Shown here piece by piece: positions 20,001-28,786 of a DNA stretch of 64,000 nt. How positions within the stretch are numbered: position 1 is the first letter of the stretch; every line of letters begins with the position of its first letter. A program made the translations under genes and the position numbers. This DNA is from an uncultured Bacteroidales bacterium (lineage in GTDB: Bacteria; Bacteroidota; Bacteroidia; Bacteroidales; JAADJA01): assembly GCA_963749345.1 (NCBI GenBank), contig CAVVMO010000001.1:1011336-1075335 (forward strand). The letters are read 5' to 3'. Under the pieces are notes generated by a model. That model saw only the letters and a list, made by a program, of their open reading frames with translations, made no database searches and had not been told where the DNA came from.

Positions 20001-20178
20001 ACCGACGCAAAACCAAATGGACAGGCTGCAAATATTATCAAAACAAGTTACCGAAAAGAAGACAGGGCTTGAACCCATTTTGACAACTGATATTCCCAAC
20101 CTGAATACCCAATTGGAAAAGAAAAAAATCGATCCTTTCAAGCTGACGACAAAGGAAGAATTTCTGAAAGAGGATTAG
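17086..20178 (+). CDS. Secreted BNR/Asp-box repeat protein, sortilin/VPS10-like beta-propeller family (paralog of 2127..5441)
   Basis: 1030-aa ORF with a signal peptide and Asp-boxes (TTDGGENWKK, TTDGGATWEK, SRDGGTNWSK, SNDRGSSWRF, TKDGGKSWIN, SIDGGKVWSQ). Shared blocks include RHIGPAAMSGRIASL versus RSIGPAFTSGRIADF, and LFLGTEFGLFVSIDGGKVW versus LFVGTEFGCFFTIDGGKIW. Confidence 0.8.
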   Translation: MKRPGLVLSFFALMFVTNHTISQTEGEIKVDENTFGAIEVRHIGPAAMSGRIASLDAVQNDPRIIYAGSASGGLWKTTNGGVIFKPIFDKYNQSIGAITIDQNHPDTVWVGTGESWVRNSTSVGDGVYKTTDGGENWKKVGLENAERIGKIIVHPKDPNIVYVAALGHLWNSNEERGIFKTTDGGATWEKILYINDSTGCSDLAIDPENPEILYAAMWQFRRYPYFFNSGGQGSGLYISRDGGTNWSKATEGLPTGTIGRIALTVSPAKPDIVFAVIESEKSALYRSDNKGISWTKMNDNPDLGSRPFYFSFLLADPVDTNRVYKPGYYLSYSEDGGKTFKATYVAGGSVHSDIHPIWVSKKDPSLMYVGTDGGLYVSNDRGSSWRFIRNLPVSQFYHVTVDNKKPYFVYGGLQDNGSWMAPSKSPGGIENRDWSNVGGGDGFYVFPDKYDENIIYWQYQGGNIMRKTMDTRETKEIKPFAKEGETELRFHWNTPVVFSPTRDAMYVGAQYLYRTTTKGDVWERISPDLTTNNPEKLKQLQTGGVTIDNTTAENHCTIYTINESALDPDVIWVGTDDGNLQMTKDGGKSWINVAANVSGLPSGTWVSYVYPSRFDRGMCYVTFDGHMTGDMKPYLFKTMDYGQTWVSIADENVKGFCHVILEDLVNPELLFLGTEFGLFVSIDGGKVWSQFKGNMPKVPVRDLVIQERENDLVIGTHGRGIMIIDDITPLRLLSEEILQKDVAFLDSRPFELGHLDWEQGWAGDDEFTGSNPPGSTLINYYLKKRHVFGDMFIEIYNDKGEKIKELPAGKRKGLNRVYWQMQMKGPKVPRSPLLSPQAMYGPTYPPGKYTVKIIKGDQTYEGQVTVVYDPTIPHSMADRDKRYEILMKAYNLLEDLAYTDKVVTEIRDQAKEKSAKANNKSLGKKLTVVSESMETLHKELVATNVTSAITGEEKLREKIGDIYSAVNGYQGRPTQNQMDRLQILSKQVTEKKTGLEPILTTDIPNLNTQLEKKKIDPFKLTTKEEFLKED

Positions 20179-20233
20179 CTTAACTCAGGATTTTTGATCT
20201 GTTTGGGATTTTTGGGATTTACTGACTGTTCTT

Positions 20234-20974
20234 TCAATCGATTTGTGAGATCAACCAATCATTGAAATTATCATCTTTTGCTTTAACAATAAGTTCTGCT
20301 AATGCAATCCTGTTTGCGAAATACCTGAAGATGTAATGGTACTTCTCATAACTTCCTCTTTCCGGTTCTTTCATCAATTCAATCATTTCATTTTTACCCA
20401 GAATAACCCTGGATTTTTTAAACTGGTCGGCAGCATAAAGGGCGAATCCTTCATAAAACCATACCGGTCCCATGGCTTCTTCGTTGCCGTTTAAAACTCT
20501 GATATGCAACCGGTGAGCTATTTCGTGGGTGAGAAGCTTTTCGTATGAATCTTCTTCAATTCCTTCAGGGTAAACCTGTGCATAAAACTCTGGAGAAACT
20601 GCTACCAAAGTTCGTTTTTCGAGGGCGGCGCAATAAGTGTCGGGTAATTCGATGGATGTGTCGGCTTCTGCAAGTATTAATAAAGCATTATTGAACTCTT
20701 TCTTGCTGTCGAAAATCATCACACTGTCGAAAAAGGATTCTTTGGTCAAATCCTGCCAATTATTCTTTTCCGCAAAACTTCTTATGTTTCTTACCGCTCC
20801 ACCCAGGTAGGTCTGAAACTCAGGCTTTCTTTTTTCCAAGCTTCCTGACAATTTCAATGGTATCGCCTTTTGCTGGCCATTTTGATCCGATCGTTTTTCG
20901 TTTTCTTTATCCTGTGATTGAAAATTACAGGAGACTATTATCACTATAATTAAAGGTATCAGAATTCGTCGCAT
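20234..20974 (-). CDS. Lipoprotein with an HExxH motif (putative zinc metallopeptidase)
   Basis: 246-aa ORF with lipobox IVSC and LLTHEIAHRLH followed by FYEGFALY. No specific family was recognised. Confidence 0.4.
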   Translation of the reverse strand: MRRILIPLIIVIIVSCNFQSQDKENEKRSDQNGQQKAIPLKLSGSLEKRKPEFQTYLGGAVRNIRSFAEKNNWQDLTKESFFDSVMIFDSKKEFNNALLILAEADTSIELPDTYCAALEKRTLVAVSPEFYAQVYPEGIEEDSYEKLLTHEIAHRLHIRVLNGNEEAMGPVWFYEGFALYAADQFKKSRVILGKNEMIELMKEPERGSYEKYHYIFRYFANRIALAELIVKAKDDNFNDWLISQID

Positions 20975-21055
20975 AAATTGAATTTATTCTAAGGCGTAAA
21001 TTTAATTGTAAAGTTACAATTCCGTTTTGCTATTTTTGCTTTTCATTCCCCAATC

Positions 21056-22798
21056 ATGAAAATTAAATATTCTTTTATCGCCTGCTGTATCATCGCTTGC
21101 ATTTTCATTTTCTATCGTTTGAGCTATTCCGAACTGGGTAACAAAGACCGGCTTAAAGTAACCACCTGGGATGCGCTGGGTTATTACATGTACTTGCCAT
21201 CCCTGTTTATTTACCACGACATGAAAGAGTTAAAATGGTTTCCTGCCATCGACAAGGAATATGAAGTATCAGGTGGTTGGTTTTACCAGGCTAATCCTTA
21301 TAAAGACGGCCCTTATGTTTTTAAATATCTGGGTGGTGTGGCAATCCTGGAAATTCCTTTTTTTCTGGCTGGTCATGTTGCTGCCGGTATACTTGGGTAT
21401 AAAACCGATGGGTTCTCACCCCCCTATCAATGGGCAATTGTATCGGGGGCGATTTTCTATTTTATGGTCATGCTATTCTTCCTTAGGAAAATACTGCTGA
21501 AGTTTTTCGACGATCGGACAACGACCCTCGCTCTGTTATTGCTTTGCCTTGCCACCAACATGATCCAGTATGTTTCCATCGACAGCGCTCAAAGTCATTC
21601 ATACATTTTACCATTGTACGCTTTGATCCTTTATACCACCATCAAATGGCATGAAAAACCGAAAATCATCTGGGCAGCCCTTACCGGTTATATCATCGGG
21701 CTGGCAACCATCAGCCGGCCGACAGAAGTCATTATGCTGTTTATCCCACTGCTCTGGAATACCCATACAAAAGAATGCTCAAAGGAGAAATGGAATCTTT
21801 TTAACAAGTACAGGTCACACCTTGCATTTGTGATTCTATCAGGATTTATTGGTATACTGCCTCAACTGATCTACTGGAAATATATCACGGGATCATTTAT
21901 TTACGATGTGGGAAGCAAATGGGACTTCCTCACGCCGCATCTGAGGGTTCTTGTTGGCTGGGAAAAGGGATGGTTCATTTATACACCGGTCACGATTTTT
22001 TTCATCCTCGGGATGTTCTACATCAGGCGGTTTCCATTTAAAAATGCTGCCATTACTTTTTGTCTGCTCAACATTTACATCATCATTTCTTGGCATGTGT
22101 GGAGGTATGGTGGCAGTTATTCCGCCCGTGCCCTGGTTCAAAGCTATCCCATATTTGCCCTGCCATTTGCCGCATTCATCAGCAGGGTAAACCAAACCAA
22201 ATGGCGATATGGGTTTTATATTCTGGGACTGTTTCTCCTGTTTGTGAACCTTTTCCAAATAAGGCAATACAACGATACCATTCTGCATTACGACGACATG
22301 AACCGAAAGTATTACTGCAGCATCTACCTGAACAGTCATCCTACTCCCCTCGACATGAGCCTGCTCGATACACCAGAAATGCTGAAGAGTGAAAAAGGCT
22401 ATAAATCCGAAACAATCCTGTCCGTCGATACGCTTATAAACCTGCAATTTCCGGGTGATGATTCGGCTAAGATGACAGAAATACCCTTGAGCAGGTATTT
22501 CCAAACCGGCTCCAAGGGGGATGCATGGCTGAAGATTGAATCGCAGGTAAAAGTGACCACTGGCTTTCATACAGCATGGCTGAATGCTGAGCTTCGGTCA
22601 GGCGATGCCCTAAAGCAGAATCGTATCCGCCTCTTCAGCCCCATCAGCCAAAAAGGAGCAAGCAATAAATATGAATTTTATGTTAAAGTACCGGCTGGGT
22701 TCCAACCTCCCGTCCTGAAGCTTTTCCTCTCTTCACCTGCCGATTTTGAAGGAGAGGTTGAAATGCTAAAGATTACCCTATTGAAAAAACAGCAGTGA
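21056..22798 (+). CDS. Polytopic membrane protein, GT-C/ArnT-PMT-like glycosyltransferase suspected
   Basis: 580-aa ORF with about 11 hydrophobic segments in the first ~400 aa and a soluble C-terminal domain. The assignment is by architecture only. Confidence 0.35.
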   Translation: MKIKYSFIACCIIACIFIFYRLSYSELGNKDRLKVTTWDALGYYMYLPSLFIYHDMKELKWFPAIDKEYEVSGGWFYQANPYKDGPYVFKYLGGVAILEIPFFLAGHVAAGILGYKTDGFSPPYQWAIVSGAIFYFMVMLFFLRKILLKFFDDRTTTLALLLLCLATNMIQYVSIDSAQSHSYILPLYALILYTTIKWHEKPKIIWAALTGYIIGLATISRPTEVIMLFIPLLWNTHTKECSKEKWNLFNKYRSHLAFVILSGFIGILPQLIYWKYITGSFIYDVGSKWDFLTPHLRVLVGWEKGWFIYTPVTIFFILGMFYIRRFPFKNAAITFCLLNIYIIISWHVWRYGGSYSARALVQSYPIFALPFAAFISRVNQTKWRYGFYILGLFLLFVNLFQIRQYNDTILHYDDMNRKYYCSIYLNSHPTPLDMSLLDTPEMLKSEKGYKSETILSVDTLINLQFPGDDSAKMTEIPLSRYFQTGSKGDAWLKIESQVKVTTGFHTAWLNAELRSGDALKQNRIRLFSPISQKGASNKYEFYVKVPAGFQPPVLKLFLSSPADFEGEVEMLKITLLKKQQ

Positions 22799-22894
22799 TC
22801 ATTTGGTTAAAATTGGTGGCGTTGTAATTGCCTGTTTTCCATTGGGTGGCTGTTGTGTCTTTCGCTACAAATAATAAGCCTGGGCTGCGACGCA

Positions 22895-23242
22895 TTAATC
22901 CAGATCAAGGGAAATGCTTATACATTCTTTAACCAGGCCTATCAAATCATCGGGAAGAGTTCCAATTTTTTTTATCAATCTTTTATTATCAATTGCCCTG
23001 ATCTGATCGATCATTATATCGCAATTCTCCTGCAAATTAGCCATGCCTTTCTTTAAATGCACCCTCAATATATCTGCCTCTTTTTCAATGTTTGTTGTAA
23101 TCGGGCATACGATTGTTGAAGGATGAGGAATTTTATTCAGAAGATTAGTCTGAACAATCAATACAGGTCTTGTTTTTCCGGGTTCAGTTCCTTGTTGCGG
23201 GTTCAAATCGGCAATCCAGATTTCAAATTGTTTAATCGCCAT
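22895..23242 (-). CDS. Type II toxin-antitoxin system toxin, PemK/MazF family
   Basis: 115-aa ORF with the family-typical FEIWIADLNPQQGTEPGKTRPVLIVQTN. It overlaps the upstream antitoxin ORF by 11 nt. Confidence 0.85.
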   Translation of the reverse strand: MAIKQFEIWIADLNPQQGTEPGKTRPVLIVQTNLLNKIPHPSTIVCPITTNIEKEADILRVHLKKGMANLQENCDIMIDQIRAIDNKRLIKKIGTLPDDLIGLVKECISISLDLD

Positions 23243-23462
23243 AATCTAATCTTTCAAATTCATAAAGAACGGCTAAAGAATCCTTTTTCACAAGATCAGA
23301 TTCGCTTTTAAGTTTTTTCTCAAGGATAATTCTTCGCTGATGGCGGTTATAATAGTCGATCGCCTCGTTAATATATCGATTCCTTGTTTTTTTGACCCGG
23401 GTAAGGATTTTCTCAGTTTCCCCAAAGATGGAGTCGTCAATTTTTAATGATACAGTTTTCAT
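23232..23462 (-). CDS. Cognate antitoxin, ribbon-helix-helix-like
   Basis: 76-aa ORF. The N-terminus is a beta-strand plus two helices (KTVSLKIDDSIFGETEKIL...NRYINEAIDYY). It is translationally coupled to the MazF-like gene. Confidence 0.7.
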   Translation of the reverse strand: MKTVSLKIDDSIFGETEKILTRVKKTRNRYINEAIDYYNRHQRRIILEKKLKSESDLVKKDSLAVLYEFERLDYGD

Positions 23463-23650
23463 TGTACAACTTTTATATCACAAAAGTATATCAAAATAGT
23501 ATATAATCAACTATCTATGGCAAATAAAATTTCCAGCATGCGGCACAATAGTGACCTTTTGGTGGCTGGCGGATGAATGGATAGAAGTTTCAAACTTGCG
23601 GTGGCGGAGGGCATATTAATGTACGATAGACATTGCTGTAGGTCGCGTAT

Positions 23651-24238
23651 TTAATCACACTTTACCGTTAACCGGACATCATTAAATATTTTCCATACTG
23701 CATGGTCAAAGGCCTTTGGTGAGATATCGCATTGGATAATTTGTTTATTCCTTTTAGGGCAGAAAGACTCCTTCACCTTGATGTTGAGTGTCATATAATC
23801 CTTGGTAAAAAAGGCATCATACACCCTCATTTTTCCCGAAAAGCCTGCATTGGTTTTGACGAATAAACCGAGCGTTCTTTCCAATGGGTTCGAATTTATG
23901 GTATCTGCCTGATTATTTAAATCTACTCCCATAAGCCCATCATAGTAAAGGTTAAAGGATTCGGTAAGTTTACTTTCTGTCAGGGCTGAATCCATTTCAA
24001 TGTACCAGGCAAAAGAGTAAGCCCAAAATTCCTGACTTGTTGAGTCGGACCATCCCGGAGAAAATCTCAGGTCTTCAAATCCAACAAAATCAATAGCCGG
24101 AGCAAAACTTAAAGGAAAAGGCAATATTTCACGCTGCCAATTATCCGGTGCGCTGAGAATACTTTCATTTTCCTGACCATAAGTGAGCATATTGCCAACT
24201 GTAAATAAAAGTAGAATTAAAACAGACTTTTTGTACAT
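23651..24238 (-). CDS. Secreted hypothetical protein
   Basis: The ORF is trimmed to the internal ATG at 24236-24238, which gives a signal peptide (MYKKSVLILLLFTVGNMLTYGQ). No family was recognised. Confidence 0.5.
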   Translation of the reverse strand: MYKKSVLILLLFTVGNMLTYGQENESILSAPDNWQREILPFPLSFAPAIDFVGFEDLRFSPGWSDSTSQEFWAYSFAWYIEMDSALTESKLTESFNLYYDGLMGVDLNNQADTINSNPLERTLGLFVKTNAGFSGKMRVYDAFFTKDYMTLNIKVKESFCPKRNKQIIQCDISPKAFDHAVWKIFNDVRLTVKCD

Positions 24239-24508
24239 AATGTAATTTTCAAATGATCTATAACTTCTTAGTGTTTTATCCGACGTCCCCCCAAGCCAGC
24301 GGTTCAAAGATAGGGAAAAAGCAGGAAGATGGGGAAATAATTATTAAAATACCACAGCGTGCTTAATTTCACTATGCGGTATTTGTTCTATTGCCTGAAC
24401 ATTCTAATCGCTGATCCATTTAACAATTGAAGTGTAATAAAAATATGTAATTTTGGCTCAATTAATTTGAATCATCAAGCAAATACAAATTATTAAATTC
24501 AAATCATT

Positions 24509-24883
24509 ATGGCACAAAAATCTGAAAGAAAGGTTCCATTGTCAATCCAGTTAGCAATAGTTGCAAATATTTTGCTGTTTTTTTCCTTTGGTATCCGCTA
24601 CCTCATTATTAAAGATACAGGTAACTTTATAGGCTGGATGCTGATCATCGCCGGGTTAACAAATATCATTCTGCTGATATTTAATTTCAACAAGAAGAAT
24701 AAATTTTTTATGGTGCTCAACCTGGTTTATGCGGCTATCACTTTTATTGTCTTAATGGATTTTTGGGATTCAGGCTTTTTCAAGTATCTTTGGCTTATAA
24801 TTACACTATACTATCTAATTTCAGGCCTATATTTGATGTACAAGCTCAATAAGGAAAAGGAAAAGGCCACAACGGCAAGCTAA
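24509..24883 (+). CDS. Small integral membrane protein (4 predicted TM segments), hypothetical
   Basis: 124-aa ORF with four hydrophobic stretches. Confidence 0.5.
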   Translation: MAQKSERKVPLSIQLAIVANILLFFSFGIRYLIIKDTGNFIGWMLIIAGLTNIILLIFNFNKKNKFFMVLNLVYAAITFIVLMDFWDSGFFKYLWLIITLYYLISGLYLMYKLNKEKEKATTAS

Positions 24884-24891
24884 GCATTAGA

Positions 24892-24954
24892 CAGTTGGCA
24901 GTTGGCAGTTGGCAGTCGGCAGTCAGCAATTGGCAATGGACAGTCGGCAATTGG
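24892..24954. repeat. Nine tandem heptamers of the CAGTTGG type
   Basis: The units are CAGTTGG x3, CAGTCGG, CAGTCAG, CAATTGG, CAATGGA, CAGTCGG, CAATTGG. Confidence 0.9.
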
Positions 24955-24961
24955 AAATCCC

Positions 24962-25024
24962 GGAACTCAGAACCCGGAACCTTGAACCTTGAACTTCGAA
25001 CTTTGAACCTCAAACCCTGAACCT
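24962..25024. repeat. Nine tandem heptamers of the NGAACYY type
   Basis: The units are GGAACTC AGAACCC GGAACCT TGAACCT TGAACTT CGAACTT TGAACCT CAAACCC TGAACCT. The array ends 2 nt before the pdxH stop codon. Confidence 0.9.
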
Positions 25025-25026
25025 CC

Positions 25027-25662
25027 TCAAGGCTGTAGTCTTTCAATTTTCCATCCGGTTTCGGTCCGTGAATAGAGTATCCTGTCGTGAAGGCGGTTGG
25101 GCCTGCCCTGCCAGAATTCAATTTTCTCTGGAATAACCCTGTAACCTCCCCAATAATCCGGCCTGGGAATATCCTTATCATAATTTTCTTTCAGGAATTC
25201 CACCCAAAGTTCTTCGAGTTGCTGGCGGCTTTCAACAGGTTGGCTCTGCTTCGAAACGATGGCGCTCATTTTACTTTCCAAAGGACGGGAATTAAAATAT
25301 TCATCCGATTCAACCGCTGATACCTTTTCTACTTTTCCTTCAATCCGGATCTGGCGTTCAAGCTCTTTCCAGAAAATCAGCAATGCGGCAACAGGATTTT
25401 TTTCAATTTCAGTTGCTTTGCGGCCCTTATAATTGGTATAGAAAACGAATCCCTTCTCATCAAATCCTTTCAGAAGCACTGTCCGGGCCGAAGGTTTTCC
25501 ATCAGGAGTAGCCGTTGCCAAAGTCATGGCATTCACTTCTGAAAGTCCGGACTTTACAGCACCTTCAAACCACTGACTAAACAAGATCATTGGATTGGAT
25601 TCCAGCAATTCCTCCTTCAATTCATCTTTACTATATTCGCTCCTTATTTTTTTAATATCCAT
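25027..25662 (-). CDS. pdxH: Pyridoxamine 5'-phosphate oxidase
   Basis: The ORF is trimmed to [10 protein letters not shown]. Conserved blocks are [37 protein letters not shown] and [14 protein letters not shown]. Confidence 0.9.
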   Translation of the reverse strand: MDIKKIRSEYSKDELKEELLESNPMILFSQWFEGAVKSGLSEVNAMTLATATPDGKPSARTVLLKGFDEKGFVFYTNYKGRKATEIEKNPVAALLIFWKELERQIRIEGKVEKVSAVESDEYFNSRPLESKMSAIVSKQSQPVESRQQLEELWVEFLKENYDKDIPRPDYWGGYRVIPEKIEFWQGRPNRLHDRILYSRTETGWKIERLQP

Positions 25663-25712
25663 TCCTCGGGGTAAAATAATAATTTTGAAACCGAAAGTAA
25701 ACAAAATTCCGG

Positions 25713-26375
25713 ATGGGAAAGTTTGCAATTTTTAGAAAAAAAGAGAGATGGTCAACCACATGGCTGGGTAAAGTCCTTATTCTTACATTATTTATCGTTT
25801 TAGCCTGGTTGTTCGTAAAGAATAGTTACTCCTTCCTTGCACAAAATTCACACCTCAACTCCGAAATCATGATCCTGGAAGGATTTCTGCCTGATTTCGC
25901 CATTGAGGAATCCATAAAAATTTTCAATGATGGGAATTACAAGCTTATGATCATAAGTGGTAAGAAGATGATTAAAGGCGCTTCCCTTGTCCCTTATGAA
26001 AACGATGGTTTATACACAGCTGCTATTCTTGTTAAAATGGGATTCGACTCCACCCTGATAAAAGTGATATGTCTTGAAAGCGATGTAATGAAGGACCGTA
26101 CTTATGCTTCTGCAACAGCTATAACGGATTGGATGAGCCAAAATGGATTGAACCCTGAAACCGTAAATGTTGTTTCACTCGGTTGCCATTCGCGGCGAAG
26201 CCGGTTGCTGTTTGAAAAAGCTTTTAAAGACGAAATTAAAATCGGAATTATCTCTGTTCAGGATATTGGTTATGACCCGGAAGTTTGGTGGAAATCAAGC
26301 TATGGGTTTAAAACTGTATTAAATGAAGTATTTGCTTTGACTTATACCTATTTGTTTTTCCGGCCACCGGATTAA
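25713..26375 (+). CDS. DUF218 (YdcF/SanA/ElyC) family protein
   Basis: 220-aa ORF with an N-terminal TM anchor and a DUF218-like core (...[19 protein letters not shown]...). Confidence 0.6.
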   Translation: MGKFAIFRKKERWSTTWLGKVLILTLFIVLAWLFVKNSYSFLAQNSHLNSEIMILEGFLPDFAIEESIKIFNDGNYKLMIISGKKMIKGASLVPYENDGLYTAAILVKMGFDSTLIKVICLESDVMKDRTYASATAITDWMSQNGLNPETVNVVSLGCHSRRSRLLFEKAFKDEIKIGIISVQDIGYDPEVWWKSSYGFKTVLNEVFALTYTYLFFRPPD

Positions 26376-26485
26376 CTAGGAATAATTCTTTTGTTACTTT
26401 TGCGCACCTTTGAAGAAAGAGAAGAAATGCTGAATTACTGATTTTGAATAATGATTCCTGATCCCTAAAACTCTTAACCTGAGAA

Positions 26486-26932
26486 TTGGATAACAAGATA
26501 AAAATAAAGAATAAAAAAGCCTTTTTCGAATATTTTATATCTGATAAATTCGTAGCAGGCATAGTCCTGACAGGCACTGAAATAAAATCCATTCGTGAAG
26601 GCAAGGTGAGTCTTGAGGAAGCCTATTGCGCGTTTAAAGAGGATGAGCTTTTTGTGATCAATATGCACATTGCAGAATATAAATTCGGAACTTACAACAA
26701 CCATGAGCCTAAACATGATAGAAAATTGCTTTTAAACCGGAAGGAATTAAAAAAACTTAATAATAAGATTAAAGAAAAAGGATTTACCATCATTCCGACG
26801 GTTCTTTTCGTTAACGAAAAAGGACTGGCCAAACTTGAAATCGGCCTGGCGAAAGGTAAAAAGCTTTATGACAAACGGGAATCCATCAAAACAAAAGATA
26901 ACAAAAGAGATTTGGAACGAGGCAGGTTTTAA
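26486..26932 (+). CDS. smpB: SsrA-binding protein
   Basis: 148-aa ORF containing [32 protein letters not shown]...[11 protein letters not shown]. Confidence 0.95.
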   Translation: MDNKIKIKNKKAFFEYFISDKFVAGIVLTGTEIKSIREGKVSLEEAYCAFKEDELFVINMHIAEYKFGTYNNHEPKHDRKLLLNRKELKKLNNKIKEKGFTIIPTVLFVNEKGLAKLEIGLAKGKKLYDKRESIKTKDNKRDLERGRF

Positions 26933-27052
26933 GCAATGTGTTTCTCTTAATCCCTTTGATATAAAGCATTTGAGTGTTAAATAATGTTAAAAGAAAATAG
27001 TCGGTTTGTTTAATTAGACTTTGATACTTTTCTTTGCAAAAAATTTGAACCT

Positions 27053-27982
27053 ATGGATATAGTAGTAGAAAATCTGACAAAACGATTTGGTGCCCAGAGA
27101 GCCGTGGACAATATCTCGTTCAAGGTGAAAACAGGCGAAATTCTTGGTTTTTTAGGACCCAACGGTGCCGGGAAGACCACCACGATGAAAGCCATCGTCA
27201 CTTACCTTACACCCAACGAAGGTGATATTCATGTGGGAAATTTTTCAATTCATCAAAACCCTGATGAAATTAAAAAGCTGATCGGTTACCTGCCGGAGAA
27301 TAATCCGCTCTATGTCGATATGCCCGTGATCGATTACCTGAGATTTGTAGCAGAATTACAGGGAATTGAAAAATCAAAGATTAAGGATAAAATCCTTGAA
27401 ATGATTACCACCTGCGGCCTTGAGGGTGAAAAACACAAGAAGATCGGTGAACTCTCGAAGGGATACAAGCAGCGCGTGGGTCTTGCACAGGCACTGATCC
27501 ATAATCCGCAGGTACTTATCCTCGACGAGCCTACTTCAGGTCTTGACCCAAACCAGATCGTTGAGATCCGTGAGCTTATAAAAAAGATCGGGAGAGAAAA
27601 AACCGTAATCCTCAGTTCACATATCCTGGCCGAAGTGGAAGCTACCTGCGACCGCATTCTTATTATCAACAAAGGAAAGATCGTTGCTGATGGCACATCA
27701 AAAGATTTGCGGAAGCAATCGGAAGGACGAGAAATACTGAAGGTGAAAATTGAGGATGGAGACAAGAATGATATATTCAAATCATTGCAGGGACTGAGTT
27801 CAATAGGTATAGTCGATTTTATGAAAAAGGACGAAAGTGCTTTTGAAATTCAAAGCAAACCGGGAATCTCATCAAGGAAGGAGATATTCAAACTTTGTGT
27901 TGGAAAAGGCTGGACCCTGACTGAGATGACTCCTATTGAAACCAAGCTTGAAGATATCTTCCGTGAGTTGACTATGAATTAA
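27053..27982 (+). CDS. gldA: ABC transporter ATP-binding protein (GldA-like)
   Basis: Walker A GPNGAGKTT, signature LSKGYKQR and Walker B LILDEPTSGLD. It is the first gene of the ATPase / ABC-2 permease / GldG / DUF4340 cassette. Confidence 0.7.
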   Translation: MDIVVENLTKRFGAQRAVDNISFKVKTGEILGFLGPNGAGKTTTMKAIVTYLTPNEGDIHVGNFSIHQNPDEIKKLIGYLPENNPLYVDMPVIDYLRFVAELQGIEKSKIKDKILEMITTCGLEGEKHKKIGELSKGYKQRVGLAQALIHNPQVLILDEPTSGLDPNQIVEIRELIKKIGREKTVILSSHILAEVEATCDRILIINKGKIVADGTSKDLRKQSEGREILKVKIEDGDKNDIFKSLQGLSSIGIVDFMKKDESAFEIQSKPGISSRKEIFKLCVGKGWTLTEMTPIETKLEDIFRELTMN

Positions 27983-28035
27983 TTAATTGAATGATCCGAA
28001 AAAGTAAAAACTAAAAAATTTCAAAATATTCTTTT

Positions 28036-28755
28036 ATGAAAGCAATTTGGACAATCACCCGGCGAGAGCTGCAATCGTTCTTCGATTCGCTGATGGCTTA
28101 CATTATGCTGATCGCATTCTTAGGCTTCAGCGGATTTTTCACCTGGCTGTTCGGCGCCGATATCTTTTTTGTTAAGCAGGCAAGTCTACAGTCTTTTTTC
28201 AGCATTGCCTACTGGACACTGTTCTTCTTTATTCCAGCGTTGACCATGCGCCAGTTTGCTGAAGAAAACCGTGCCGGCACACTGGAACTTTTATTAACCA
28301 AACCTGTAAGCGACTGGCAGGTGGTACTTGGAAAGTTTATGTCAACTTTTGTCCTGATTCTGATTGCACTTGCATTGACTCTGCCTTATTACATCACAGT
28401 AGCAACGTTAGGACCGATCGATCATGGGGCTGTGTGGTCAGGTTATTTAGGACTGATCCTGATGAGCGCAGCCTATATCAGCATTGGTATTTTTACCAGC
28501 AGCATTTCCAATAACCAGATTGTAAGTTACCTTCTTGCTTTGTTTATCGGAATCTTTTTCCAGATCATTTTTTCTCTGCTATCAAGCAATTTTGGTGGCT
28601 TCATTGGTGAGGTGCTCAACTTCTTTAGTGTATCCACTCATTTCGATTCCATTTCCAGGGGAGTAATCGACACCAAGGATCTTTTATTCTTCTTTTCATT
28701 GATATTTTTAGGGTTGATCCTTACAGAGGCCAACCTTTCTAAAAAAAGACTTTAA
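28036..28755 (+). CDS. gldF: ABC-2 type permease (GldF-like)
   Basis: 239-aa ORF with six hydrophobic segments, in the expected cassette position. Confidence 0.65.
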   Translation: MKAIWTITRRELQSFFDSLMAYIMLIAFLGFSGFFTWLFGADIFFVKQASLQSFFSIAYWTLFFFIPALTMRQFAEENRAGTLELLLTKPVSDWQVVLGKFMSTFVLILIALALTLPYYITVATLGPIDHGAVWSGYLGLILMSAAYISIGIFTSSISNNQIVSYLLALFIGIFFQIIFSLLSSNFGGFIGEVLNFFSVSTHFDSISRGVIDTKDLLFFFSLIFLGLILTEANLSKKRL

Positions 28756-28786
28756 CCTGAAACCCGATTAAGATAATTTATTCAAT

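Noticed and set aside
21893-22570. 225-aa minus-strand ORF (plus 21951..22392 + frame ORFs) inside the membrane-protein gene
   Set aside because: It overlaps the 580-aa polytopic ORF, which has a coherent TM pattern, while the alternative products do not.
24892-25024. Possibility that the tandem arrays are CRISPR repeats
   Set aside because: The units are only 7 nt with no unique spacers between them, and no cas genes are present in the window.
24846-25181. 111-aa ORF and similar ORFs (14883..15089, 2003..2236) translating the heptamer arrays
   Set aside because: Their repetitive peptides (FKVRSSRFKV, LPTANC...) merely reflect 7-nt tandem DNA repeats in intergenic spacers and overlap real gene ends.
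27334-27780. 148-aa minus-strand ORF
   Set aside because: It is antisense to the ABC ATPase gene, which carries Walker A, signature and Walker B motifs.
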